Made by a program: the position numbers and the translations under genes. Below, in pieces: positions 48,514 to 56,956 of a DNA stretch of 64,000 bases. This stretch comes from an uncultured Chloroflexia bacterium. Lineage in GTDB: Bacteria; Chloroflexota; Limnocylindria; Limnocylindrales; CSP1-4. The stretch lies in the NCBI GenBank assembly GCA_963739885.1, contig CAVUCC010000011.1, forward strand, positions 1,153,760 to 1,217,759, given 5' to 3'. The number at the start of each line of letters is the position of its first letter. The stretch's first letter is position 1. The notes beneath the pieces are model-generated. The model was not told the DNA's origin, searched no databases, and worked only from the letters and a program-made list of their open reading frames with translations.

Positions 48514-49614
48514 ATGACCCTCGCCACCACGGCGACTGCCAGCCCGCTCCTGCGCATGACACAGGAGACCCCGACCCAGTACTGGAACGATTCGTGCGCC
48601 GTCGAGGACCTCGCCTACGCGGTCGAGCGGGGCGCGACGGGCGCGACCTCGAACCCGAGCATCGTGCTCGAGGTGATGCGCAAGGAACGCACCCACTGGG
48701 AGCCACGCGTTCGCGACCTGGCGGCCGCGAACCCTGCCTGGTCGGAGGTCGAGCTGACCTGGGCGATCGCCGAGGAGATGGCAGCGCGCGGGGCGGCGAT
48801 CCTTGAGCCCGTGTTCGAGCGGATGCAGGGTCGGGCCGGCCGGCTGTCGCTGCAGACCAACCCGGCAAACCACCGCGATCCGGAGCGCATGGTCGAGCAG
48901 TCCGTCCGGTTCGCGGGCCTGGCCCCCAACATGCAGGTCAAGTTCCCCGCCACGGCCGCCGGCCTGGTCGCGATCGAGGAGGCGACGGCACGCGGCGTCA
49001 ACATCAACGCCACCGTCAGCTTCACCGTGCCCCAGGCGGTCGCGGCGGCCGAGGCCGTGGAGCGCGGGCTCGATCGTCGGGCGGCGGCGGGCGGGGACGT
49101 GACATCGATGACCCCGATCGTGACGATCATGATCGGGAGGCTGGACGACTGGATGAAGGTCGTCGTCGAGCGCGACAACCTGGCCGTCCATCCGGACGCC
49201 CCCAACTGGGCCGGCATCGCGGCGTTCAAGCGCGCCTACGCGATCTTCCGCGAGCGCGGCTACCGATCCCGCCTGCTGTCCGCGGCATATCGCCATCGAC
49301 TCCACTGGACCGAGCTCGTGGGCGGTGACGTGAGCATGACCCTTCCCCACGGCTGGCAGGTCCGGTTCAACGGGAGCGGGATCGATCCCGAGCCGCGGAT
49401 GGACGTACCGGTGGACGCGTCGCTGATCGCCGATCTGTACGAGCGCATCCCGGATTTCCGCCGCGCCTACGACCCTGAGGGCATGACCCCCGACGAGTTC
49501 GAGGGCTTCGGGGCGAGCGCGAGAACCTTGCGCACGTTCATCAAGTCCTACCACGACCTCCAGGCCGCGATCCGGGACCTCGTGCTCCCGGATCCCGACG
49601 TCCGGCGAGCCTGA
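48514..49614 (+). CDS. tal: Transaldolase
   Basis: ATG at 48514. TQYWNDSCAVEDLAYAVERGATGATSNPSI and the MQVKFPAT Schiff-base lysine region. Confidence 0.85.
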   Translation: MTLATTATASPLLRMTQETPTQYWNDSCAVEDLAYAVERGATGATSNPSIVLEVMRKERTHWEPRVRDLAAANPAWSEVELTWAIAEEMAARGAAILEPVFERMQGRAGRLSLQTNPANHRDPERMVEQSVRFAGLAPNMQVKFPATAAGLVAIEEATARGVNINATVSFTVPQAVAAAEAVERGLDRRAAAGGDVTSMTPIVTIMIGRLDDWMKVVVERDNLAVHPDAPNWAGIAAFKRAYAIFRERGYRSRLLSAAYRHRLHWTELVGGDVSMTLPHGWQVRFNGSGIDPEPRMDVPVDASLIADLYERIPDFRRAYDPEGMTPDEFEGFGASARTLRTFIKSYHDLQAAIRDLVLPDPDVRRA

Positions 49615-49634
49615 CCGACACAGGAGATGCCCCG

Positions 49635-50003
49635 ATGATCAAGCGCGTGTCGCGTGCGGAGGCGGAGATCGTGCCTCTCCCGGGGCGCAACTGGCATTCG
49701 TACTTCGGGCCGCACAACAGCGCCGCCCGTCAGGTCTCGATGGGCGTCTCCGTGTATCCGCCTGGGTCGAAGCCCGAGGGCCATGTCCATCCCGCGGAGG
49801 AGGAGACGATCTACTGCGCGGCCGGGCGCGGGCGAATCGTCACCCCCGACGGCGTGGCAGAGGTCGAGCCGGGCGTGGTGGTCCACGTCTCGCCTGGCAC
49901 GTTCCACGCGACCGAGGCCGACGGCCCCGACTCGCTCGAGCTGGTGTGCCTGTTCTCGCCGCCGGTCGTCTCGGGCTCGTACGAGAAGGGTTCGCGACGA
50001 TGA
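49635..50003 (+). CDS. Cupin domain protein
   Basis: 122 aa with cupin motifs PEGHVHPAEEETIY and GTFHAT. The stop overlaps the transketolase start (ATGA). Confidence 0.7.
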   Translation: MIKRVSRAEAEIVPLPGRNWHSYFGPHNSAARQVSMGVSVYPPGSKPEGHVHPAEEETIYCAAGRGRIVTPDGVAEVEPGVVVHVSPGTFHATEADGPDSLELVCLFSPPVVSGSYEKGSRR

Positions 50004-50902
50004 GCGCAGGGACGGAGACACCGGCGCCGGTCGATGCCGAGGAGCTCGACCGCCTCCGAGAGATGGCCCGCCGCATCCGGGTCGAGGTCGTGCGGTCCGT
50101 CTACCACGCGCAGGCCGGTCACCTCGGGGGACCGCTGTCAGCGGCGGATCTGCTGTCGGCGCTGTTCTTCCACGTTCTCCGGATCCGGCCCGCCGAGCCG
50201 GACTGGCCCGATCGCGACCGGTTCGTGCTCTCCAAGGGCCACGCGTCGATCGGCCTGTATGCGGTGATGGCGCTCCGTGGCTACTTCCCGGTCGAGGAGC
50301 TGCTGACGTTCGATGCCGCCCACTCGCGCCTCCAGGGCCATCCGGACATGACCCGGCTGCCGGGTCTCGACATGTCGACGGGGTCGCTGGGCATGGGCAT
50401 CTCCGCGGCCATGGGCATGGCGCTCGGCGCCCGCCTCACCGGCCACGACGTGCGGGCGTACGTGATGCTCGGCGACGGCGAGTGCCAGGAGGGTGAGGTC
50501 TGGGAGGCGGCGATGGCCGCCAGCCGGTACGGCCTCGACAACCTGATCGCGATCGTCGACCACAACAAGCTCCAGCAGTTCGGCTGGCACGGCGACGGAC
50601 CCGACGGCCGGCTGCCACCCCAGGTGCCGGGCGAGCTGGCCGGCAAGTGGGCGGCGTTCGGGTGGCGCGTGCTCGAGGTGGACGGCCACGACATGGCCGC
50701 GATCCTGGATGTGCTGGGCCGGGCCGCGCTGGGCGTCGGAAAGCCGACGATCGTGATCGCCCACACGGTGAAGGGCAAGGGCGTCTCGTACATGGAGGGC
50801 CACTACTACTGGCACACACGGGCCATCAAGCCCGACGAGCTCGCGATCGCGATGGCCGAGCTGGGTGAGCCGGAGCCCGCGGCCGAGGGAGGTGCGCGAT
50901 GA
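50000..50902 (+). CDS. Transketolase, N-terminal (TPP-binding) subunit of a split transketolase
   Basis: AQAGHLGGPLSAADLLSALFF, LSKGHAS and GDGECQEGEVWEA motifs. Confidence 0.9.
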   Translation: MSAGTETPAPVDAEELDRLREMARRIRVEVVRSVYHAQAGHLGGPLSAADLLSALFFHVLRIRPAEPDWPDRDRFVLSKGHASIGLYAVMALRGYFPVEELLTFDAAHSRLQGHPDMTRLPGLDMSTGSLGMGISAAMGMALGARLTGHDVRAYVMLGDGECQEGEVWEAAMAASRYGLDNLIAIVDHNKLQQFGWHGDGPDGRLPPQVPGELAGKWAAFGWRVLEVDGHDMAAILDVLGRAALGVGKPTIVIAHTVKGKGVSYMEGHYYWHTRAIKPDELAIAMAELGEPEPAAEGGAR

Positions 50903-51843
50903 CGCTGCCCATGGGCCGGCCGATGCGCGAGATCTTTGGCGAGACCGTGGCCGCCCTGGCGGCCGAGGACCCGCGGATCGTGATGCTCGACGGCGACGTC
51001 GGCAGCTCGACCAGGGGCGACATCTTCGAGAAGGCCCACCCCGACCGCTACCTGCAGATGGGGATCGCCGAGCAGAACATGCTCGGGGTGGCTGCGGGCC
51101 TGGCCACGATGGGCCTCGTTCCGTACATCAGCACGTTCGTCTCGTTCGCGGTGGTTCGGCCGCTCGATCAGATCCGGGTGCTGATCGCCCAGACAGGGCT
51201 GAACGTCAAGATCACGCCGGGGTACGCGGGCCTGTTCACGGGCCGGACCGGCATGAGCCACATCATCGTCGACGACCTCGCGATCATGCGCGCGATGCCG
51301 AAGATGGTCAGCGTCGCGCCCGCGGACGACGTGGAGGCGGCGCAGGTGCTGCGCTGGGCGGCTGCGTACGACGGCCCGGTCTACGTACGACTGGTTCGCG
51401 ACGCAACCCAGCGGCTGTTCGACGCCGGATATCGGTTCGAGCTCGGGCGGGCGGTGGTGGTCCGGGAGGGATCCGACGTGACCCTGATCAGCACCGGGAC
51501 CCAGACCCCCCGGGTGGTGGACGCGGCAGGGCTGCTCGCCGAGTCGGGCATCGACGCCCATGTCCTGCACGTACCCACGATCAAGCCCGTCGACACCGCA
51601 GCGATCGTGGCGGCCGCAGAGCGTACGGGGCGGGTGATCACGGTCGAGGAGCACACCGTCCTCGGCGGCCTCGGCGGGCTGGTCTCCGAGACCCTTGGCG
51701 AGCACCGTCCGACGCCGGTGCACCGGCTCGGCCTGCAGGACCTCTATCCGGAGTCAGGGCCGAACGACGAGCTGCTGGAGATCTACGGCCTGTCGGCGGC
51801 CCGAGTTGCGGAGCAGGTGCAGGCGATCCTCGCCGCTGGCTGA
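50899..51843 (+). CDS. Transketolase, C-terminal (pyrimidine-binding) subunit
   Basis: DRYLQMGIAEQNMLGVAAGLA and later ITVEEHTVLGGLG. 4-nt overlap with the N-terminal subunit gene. Confidence 0.9.
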   Translation: MTLPMGRPMREIFGETVAALAAEDPRIVMLDGDVGSSTRGDIFEKAHPDRYLQMGIAEQNMLGVAAGLATMGLVPYISTFVSFAVVRPLDQIRVLIAQTGLNVKITPGYAGLFTGRTGMSHIIVDDLAIMRAMPKMVSVAPADDVEAAQVLRWAAAYDGPVYVRLVRDATQRLFDAGYRFELGRAVVVREGSDVTLISTGTQTPRVVDAAGLLAESGIDAHVLHVPTIKPVDTAAIVAAAERTGRVITVEEHTVLGGLGGLVSETLGEHRPTPVHRLGLQDLYPESGPNDELLEIYGLSAARVAEQVQAILAAG

Positions 51844-51893
51844 CCACTGGCGGCGTCAGCGGCACGACGCGCACCCGATCCGGCACCCGCTCC

Positions 51894-52595
51894 CTACCGC
51901 TGCTCGGCACCCTCCGCATGTCCGCCCTGCCCGTCCTGCCCATCCTGCCAGCCCTCGAGGAGACGCGCGCGCGCGGCCGCGAAATGGTCCCGCAGGGCCT
52001 CGTCCACCGCGACCGGGTCCCGCTGACGGAGCGCGTCGAGGATGGGTGGGTGCAGGCCGGCCGTCCAGTGGGCATCGGCACCCGGCGCCACGAGCGTCAG
52101 GTACGTCCGCGAGAAGGGCTCGAGGCTGCCCCAAACACGCTCGAGCGTGGCGTTGCCCGAAAGATGCAGCAGCGCGGCGTGGAAGGCGGCATCACGGCGG
52201 GCCACCTCGTGGCGGTCGTTGGCGTCGGCAGCCTCCTGCATCGACGCCATCAGCCGTTCGAGCTCGGCCAGGTCGCCGTCCGTCATCGCGGGCACCCCCA
52301 GCCGGGCACCCAGCGCCTCGAGCTCCGCCCGCACCTCATAGGCGCCGATCAGCTCATCCGCGGTCGGCCACCTGACCCGAGCCCCCTTGAACGGGAGGAT
52401 CTCGACGACGCCCAAGGCCTCCAGCCCTCGAAGCGCCTCGCGGACAGGGGCCTGGCTCGTCCCGAGGTCACGCGCGATCTTGGTCTCGACGATCCGGGTA
52501 TGCGGAGGGTAGCGCCCGGCAAGGATGTCCTCGAGGAGGTGATCCCTCACCTGCTCGGCGAGGACGCTGCGCGAGATTGTGCTGTCCGCAGACAT
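51894..52595 (-). CDS. GntR-family (FadR/FCD-type) transcriptional regulator, paralog 2
   Basis: IARDLGTSQAPVREALRGLEALGVVE plus an FCD-like domain. Paralog of 43534..44298. Confidence 0.85.
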   Translation of the reverse strand: MSADSTISRSVLAEQVRDHLLEDILAGRYPPHTRIVETKIARDLGTSQAPVREALRGLEALGVVEILPFKGARVRWPTADELIGAYEVRAELEALGARLGVPAMTDGDLAELERLMASMQEAADANDRHEVARRDAAFHAALLHLSGNATLERVWGSLEPFSRTYLTLVAPGADAHWTAGLHPPILDALRQRDPVAVDEALRDHFAAARARLLEGWQDGQDGQGGHAEGAEQR

Positions 52596-52738
52596 CAGTG
52601 CTCCTGACGTTGGGCTGAATCAGTCTAGCGCCCAGGGCGTGGGCCTCGTGGGCCGGTCGCCCCTGCGCCCGCGACCCCGCCGCCTCAGTGGCCATCGCCG
52701 GACCCCTGCACTGGCCGACGCTGCGGCCGTCGGCGACC

Positions 52739-53290
52739 TCAGCCCGCGTCTCGCCGGACGGCGGCGTCCTCGGCCGCGGCCACGGCCTCAGCCCACGCGA
52801 CCGGATCCGCCAGCCGCGCCGTCGCGGCGACCGCGAACTCGATCTGGTTCATGCACGATCGACGCCACGCCCCGCTGGCGATGAACGCAGCGTGGGCTCC
52901 GGGAGCGCGCAGGTCCGTGCCGACCAGGTCCCGGCAGTCGAGCGACCCGTAGCGCTCCGTGAAGTCGTCCACCAGGCTTGCGACCAGCTCGCGCGAAACG
53001 ACCTTCGCGCGATGGTGATCCGGGATCCGCTGCCCGGCGAGGATCCCGATCGCGAGCGCCGCGCCGGTGACAGCTCCGCATGGACCCCCCGTCCAAGCGA
53101 GGCCGCCGTTGAATGGCATTGCCGCCGAGGTGTCGACCGGATCGGGTAGCACGAGGACTGCCTTAAGCGCCACGAACGCCGCCTCGGCACATCCGTACCG
53201 GTTCGCATCGTCGAGGAACGCGTCGCGAGCGAGCGCGATGCCCTCGGCCGCGGCATCGCTCGGGGGCCGGTGGTCCGAATCGTCGTGCAT
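52739..53290 (-). CDS. C_GCAxxG_C_C family (putative redox-active) protein
   Basis: Start at MHDDSD (53290). RYGCAEAAFVALKAV, GGPCGAVTGAALAIG, DCRDL and SCMNQ Cys pattern. Confidence 0.65.
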   Translation of the reverse strand: MHDDSDHRPPSDAAAEGIALARDAFLDDANRYGCAEAAFVALKAVLVLPDPVDTSAAMPFNGGLAWTGGPCGAVTGAALAIGILAGQRIPDHHRAKVVSRELVASLVDDFTERYGSLDCRDLVGTDLRAPGAHAAFIASGAWRRSCMNQIEFAVAATARLADPVAWAEAVAAAEDAAVRRDAG

Positions 53291-53332
53291 CCCCCACTCC
53301 TTTGCGCGAAAAGGGCGTGCTGACTGTTGAAA

Positions 53333-53354
53333 CGATAATCTATAATCGATAATC
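53333..53354. promoter_or_regulatory. Heptad operator motif CGATAAT-CTATAAT-CGATAAT-C, copy 4
   Basis: Lies in the divergent gap between the C_GCAxxG_C_C gene (start 53290, minus) and the membrane protein gene (start 53473, plus). Confidence 0.6.
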
Positions 53355-53472
53355 AGCCGATCCGCTTCACGATTGGGCGCCACCCCGAGTGACGCGTCCC
53401 TGGGCAGGCATGATCTGTCCGCAGCACCTCAGCCCCGGCGTCCGGACCCCGGTCGGCCAACGGAGGTACGCG

Positions 53473-54063
53473 GTGGAAGTCAAGAACACAATTCCGCTCT
53501 GGCTCGCGGTGGCGATCACGGTCGTTGTGAGCCTCCCCTTCGGGCTGTGGCTGGATGTCTGGAGCCTGCCCCTCTGGGCCGCGTTCGTCGTGTGGGCCGA
53601 GTACTTCGCGCTGGGCGCCAAGCCGTCCGCACTCAAGATCATGGTCCCCGCCTACATCCTGGGTGTCGTCGGCGCCACCATCGTGCTCGTGTTCTCGCTG
53701 CTGGTCGCGAAGGTGACCGATGCCAGCATCGTCAGCACGGGCGACGTCGCGTGGTTCATCGGCCTGTTCCTCGCGTTCTGCCCCGTCATCTACGCCATGA
53801 AGTACCTGCCGGTCACCGATGGCCAGGGCGGGCTGCCGTTCTTCAACGGCATCTCCATGGGCCTTGCGACCTTCTTCACGGGCCTGTATGCGGCCTACGG
53901 CGGCTTCTCCATCTCCGCCGACGTCAACTATCTGATCCCGTTGCTGACTGCGGTCCCGGCCATCCTGGCCGGCCTGCTCGGGGCATTCCTTGGCTGGTTC
54001 AACATCGTGATCATGTTCCCGCGGCCGGTGGCTACCGAGCAGCGCCAGGGCGCTCACGCCTGA
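53473..54063 (+). CDS. Polytopic membrane protein (DUF1097-like)
   Basis: GTG at 53473 with GGAGG 7 nt upstream. About 6 predicted TM helices (IPLWLAVAITVVVSLPFGLWL...). The family call is tentative. Confidence 0.5.
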   Translation: MEVKNTIPLWLAVAITVVVSLPFGLWLDVWSLPLWAAFVVWAEYFALGAKPSALKIMVPAYILGVVGATIVLVFSLLVAKVTDASIVSTGDVAWFIGLFLAFCPVIYAMKYLPVTDGQGGLPFFNGISMGLATFFTGLYAAYGGFSISADVNYLIPLLTAVPAILAGLLGAFLGWFNIVIMFPRPVATEQRQGAHA

Positions 54064-54150
54064 CCCTCCCTCGAGACGAGATGTGACCATCCGTCCGTCT
54101 CGTCACCAGATGCAGCGCGCCGGCGTCCGAACCGGACCCGGCGCGCTGCC

Positions 54151-55020
54151 ATGTCCGTCGGCTCAACAGCAGGGGGGCCTCATGCCGCTGCGCTGCGCGG
54201 TTCGGACATGATGCCGCCGTCCACGGCGACCGGGACCGGTCCCACCGCGTCCGGCATCGCGAATCTCCGCGATCTCGGCGGTCACTCGGTTCCCGGTGGC
54301 GGCCGCGTCCGACACGGGCTCGCGTTTCGGTCCGCCGACCTGAGCGATCCGGCCGCCACGATGTCCGCGATCGAGCAGCTGGGGATCCGGACCGTCTACG
54401 ACCTCAGGACCCGTGATGAGCGCGAGTCGCACCCGGACCGGTTGCCCGACGGGGTGGTCTACATCGTGGCCGACGTGCTCGAGCACACGACGCGCGAGAC
54501 GTCGCCAGCCGGGCTGATGACCCTGCTTCGAGATCCGGCCGCGGCCTCGAGGATCCTGGGTGACGGTCGGGCCGAGGGCCTGTTCATCGACAAGTACCGC
54601 GAGTTCGTCACCTTGGACAGCGCGCGGCACGCCTATCACGTGCTGTTCGCAGGGATCGCAGCCGATCCCACCGCCCCCGTCCTGTTCCACTGCACGACCG
54701 GCAAGGACCGAACCGGCTGGGCTGCGGCTTCGCTCCTCCTGCTGCTCGGCGTGTCCGAGACCGACGTGCTCGACGACTACCTGTCGAGCAACGCCAGGCT
54801 GCTCGCGGCGATCGAGTCCATGCTCGCGGCATTCGCCGAGTCGGGTGGCGACTCGAGCCTGATCGAGCCGTTCGCCTTCGTGCGGGCCGGCTACCTGCGG
54901 GCGTCGTTGGATGAGGTTCGGGCAACCTTCGGATCGATCGAGGCCTACTTCGCGGACGGGCTGGGCATCGGCGCCGGCGACCAGGCGGCGTTGCGCGCCG
55001 CGCTCATCGTCCACCGCTGA
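54151..55020 (+). CDS. Protein-tyrosine phosphatase-like protein (CX5R active site)
   Basis: HCTTGKDRTG P-loop. The N-terminal NLRDLGG and later YDLR are typical of the Tyr-phosphatase family 3. Confidence 0.8.
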   Translation: MSVGSTAGGPHAAALRGSDMMPPSTATGTGPTASGIANLRDLGGHSVPGGGRVRHGLAFRSADLSDPAATMSAIEQLGIRTVYDLRTRDERESHPDRLPDGVVYIVADVLEHTTRETSPAGLMTLLRDPAAASRILGDGRAEGLFIDKYREFVTLDSARHAYHVLFAGIAADPTAPVLFHCTTGKDRTGWAAASLLLLLGVSETDVLDDYLSSNARLLAAIESMLAAFAESGGDSSLIEPFAFVRAGYLRASLDEVRATFGSIEAYFADGLGIGAGDQAALRAALIVHR

Positions 55021-55062
55021 CAGAGCGCCCGCCTTTCGGCCGCCGGCCCGTCCGCTATTCGT

Positions 55063-55078
55063 GTACTTGCGCAAGTAC
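55063..55078. promoter_or_regulatory. Perfect 16-bp palindrome GTACTTGC|GCAAGTAC, candidate operator overlapping a promoter
   Basis: Located 95 nt upstream of the glutaredoxin-like gene. Followed by GCAAGTCATTGTAGGCT, where TAGGCT fits a TANNNT -10 box. Confidence 0.45.
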
Positions 55079-55172
55079 GCAAGTCATTGTAGGCTCCGAG
55101 CAGACCGTTGGTGACCCGGGTCGGCACATCGCCGCCGGGCATCGTCATCGTGCAGACACGGAGTTCCCCCAG

Positions 55173-55454
55173 ATGTCTCAGGGCAGCGCCGGCGCCGGAT
55201 CGAGCTCCGCCCGCCATCGTGTCATCGTGTTCTCGACGCCCACCTGCCCGTGGTGCAATCGGGCCAAGACGTACCTGCGCGGCCGGGGCGTGGCGTTCCG
55301 TGACGTGGACGTCAGCCGCGACGGCGGGGCGGCCCGAGACCTGGTCCGGCGAACCGGGCAGATGGGCGTTCCCGTGATCGAGATCGACGGTCGGCCGATC
55401 GTGGGGTTCGATCAGGCACGGATCGACGCGGCGCTCGGCCTGCGCGTCCACTGA
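55173..55454 (+). CDS. Glutaredoxin-like protein (NrdH/YruB-type, CPWC)
   Basis: VIVFSTPTCPWCNRAKTYLRGRGVAFRDVDV...GVPVIEIDG is a glutaredoxin fold. Confidence 0.8.
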   Translation: MSQGSAGAGSSSARHRVIVFSTPTCPWCNRAKTYLRGRGVAFRDVDVSRDGGAARDLVRRTGQMGVPVIEIDGRPIVGFDQARIDAALGLRVH

Positions 55455-55483
55455 CCGCACCCCCGAACCCGATCGTTCAGCTC

Positions 55484-55504
55484 GCGCTCGAGCACTCCGA
55501 GCGC
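55484..55504 (+). other. Stem-loop GCGCTCG-agcactc-CGAGCGC in the grx-groES spacer
   Basis: Perfect 7-bp stem with a 7-nt loop, 20 nt upstream of the groES ATG. The loop contains a single CIRCE-like half-site (AGCACTC), but no second half-site is present. Confidence 0.35.
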
Positions 55505-55524
55505 CGTCCAGGAGGTTCCGATCC

Positions 55525-55824
55525 ATGTCCGACCAGGTTCAGCCGCTCGGAAGCCGCGTCCTCGTCCGGGTCACCCCGGAGGAGAGTGTGACGCCGTCCG
55601 GTCTCTACGTCCCCGACACCGCCAAGGAGAAGCCGCAACGTGGCGAGATCGTGGCGATCGGCGACGACACCGACCTGATCAAGGTCGCGGTTGGCGACCG
55701 GGTCCTGTTTCCGAAGTACACGGGCACCGAGATCAAGGTCGAAGACGAGGATCACCTCATCATCGATTCCGGCGACCTGCTTGCCGTCCTGCGCGATCGG
55801 GTCGCCGCGGCTGCGGCGGCCTGA
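55525..55824 (+). CDS. groES: Co-chaperonin GroES
   Basis: VQPLGSRVLVRV...GLYVPDTAKEKPQRGEIVAIG...GDRVLFPKYTGTEIKV. 99 aa. Confidence 0.95.
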   Translation: MSDQVQPLGSRVLVRVTPEESVTPSGLYVPDTAKEKPQRGEIVAIGDDTDLIKVAVGDRVLFPKYTGTEIKVEDEDHLIIDSGDLLAVLRDRVAAAAAA

Positions 55825-55863
55825 CGCCGACCCGACGCAGACGCTGGCCGTGCATCACCAGGG

Positions 55864-56170
55864 CTACGGCGAGACGATCGTGACGTCGTCCGCAACGATC
55901 CCGACACCGACGGCGACACTCGGCTGACCCCACGCGGGGCTCGAGCCTGGAGCGGATCCGGGCTCTCCACCGGCCACCGCAACCTCGATCGTGTCGCCCA
56001 CCGCCACGTCCGAGGCGGCAGCGGCTGCCTGCGAGTGGTACGCGGCAGCCGGTGCCGGACGGTGCATCCGAGCCAGCCTCGACGTCCACCGCCGTGACCG
56101 TGCCGTCGATCGGGGCCATCAGGGTCGCGTCGGCGAGCGGCTCGTTCGCTACCTCAAGGGCGGACTCGGC
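55864..56170 (-). pseudogene. Fragment of an efflux periplasmic adaptor (HlyD/MFP-like), frameshifted and truncated
   Basis: ...ALEVANEPLADATLMAPIDGTVTAVDVEAGSDAP (a typical MFP beta-barrel motif), then a different frame ...VAVGDTIEVAVAGGEPG...VADDVTIVSP-stop. No N-terminal part is present. Confidence 0.35.
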
Positions 56171-56357
56171 CGTGGGACGCCCTCGGCCGGTCCGACGTTG
56201 TTGACGCGGAAGCCGGCCACGACCACGGTCGCAGTCGTCGGGATCACGGTCGTGCACGGGCGAATCCGTGAGATCGACATCGTGGGCGACCCGGTGAAGG
56301 TGCGAGCGGTGCTCCGCTCCGTCGCCCCGAGGGAAACGCAGGCGGCAGGACGCCGGG

Positions 56358-56705
56358 CTAGGCGGGATCGTCGGGAGCGACGGCAACCGTCCCGTCCGGC
56401 GCCTCGACCAGGAGCGGCTCACCACGATCGGACCGCAGCCGGTTGGCGTAGTCGAGGCTGCCCTTCGCCCCCGGCTCGACGTCGCCCCGCGCCGGCACGA
56501 CGCGGCCGTTGTAGTCGCGATGGGCCACTGGGCCCAGCACGCACGTCCCGTCCTCCAGCGCCTTCACGATGGCCTGGCTGAGCGCGCCCTCGGACTGCCA
56601 GCCCTCGCCGTTATCGATCAGGTTCTGGAGGAACGCCACCGGGTAGAAGTTGCGGCCGTCCTGCTCGGCCTGGAGCTCGGGGTCGATCATGGCGGTCCCT
56701 TTCAT
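56358..56705 (-). CDS. Hypothetical protein
   Basis: ORF with plausible composition (MKGTAMIDPELQAEQDGRNFYPVAFLQNLIDNGEGWQSEG...). No domain recognised. Alternative start at 56690. Confidence 0.45.
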   Translation of the reverse strand: MKGTAMIDPELQAEQDGRNFYPVAFLQNLIDNGEGWQSEGALSQAIVKALEDGTCVLGPVAHRDYNGRVVPARGDVEPGAKGSLDYANRLRSDRGEPLLVEAPDGTVAVAPDDPA

Positions 56706-56922
56706 CGCAACGTGACACGTCCGGCCGCGGGACGACGGCCGGCGCGAGTGCCGCGAAGAACCCGCCGATCGCCGGCGGTCTCGCTGCACCCAGTGGCAGG
56801 ATTCTACGTGCCGCGGTGCGACCGGTCCGGCTCCGCAGGGACCGGCCGATGCCGCTCACGGCGGCCACCACGTCCGAGCCGCCGGCGCTGCCGTCGCCGT
56901 GCGGCGCATCGCACCTGCTATA

Positions 56923-56939
56923 CTGACTGACCGTCAGTC
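56923..56939. promoter_or_regulatory. Palindrome TGACTGAC-c-GTCAGTCA, probable TetR autoregulatory operator
   Basis: Perfect 8-bp arms, 18 nt upstream of the TetR start (56957) and just before the RBS GGGAGG. Confidence 0.55.
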
Positions 56940-56956
56940 ACTTCAGGGAGGTCCGA

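Noticed and set aside
48514-51843. Assignment of the transaldolase/cupin/split-transketolase genes to a sulfoquinovose (sulfo-TAL / sulfo-TK) pathway
   Set aside because: No sulfosugar-specific genes (sulfoquinovosidase, sulfolactaldehyde or sulfoacetaldehyde reductase/dehydrogenase, sulfonate exporter) are visible in the window, so the idea is unsupported.
55484-55504. A CIRCE (HrcA) operator upstream of groES
   Set aside because: Only one half-site-like AGCACTC is present, located in the hairpin loop. There is no GAGTGCTAA partner 9 nt away. I kept it only as a generic stem-loop.
56198-56327. A plus-strand fragment resembling the C-terminus of SnoaL-like / ECF sigma-associated domains
   Set aside because: It is a short, isolated match with no start codon or upstream domain. 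It could be a compositional coincidence and is mentioned only as debris.
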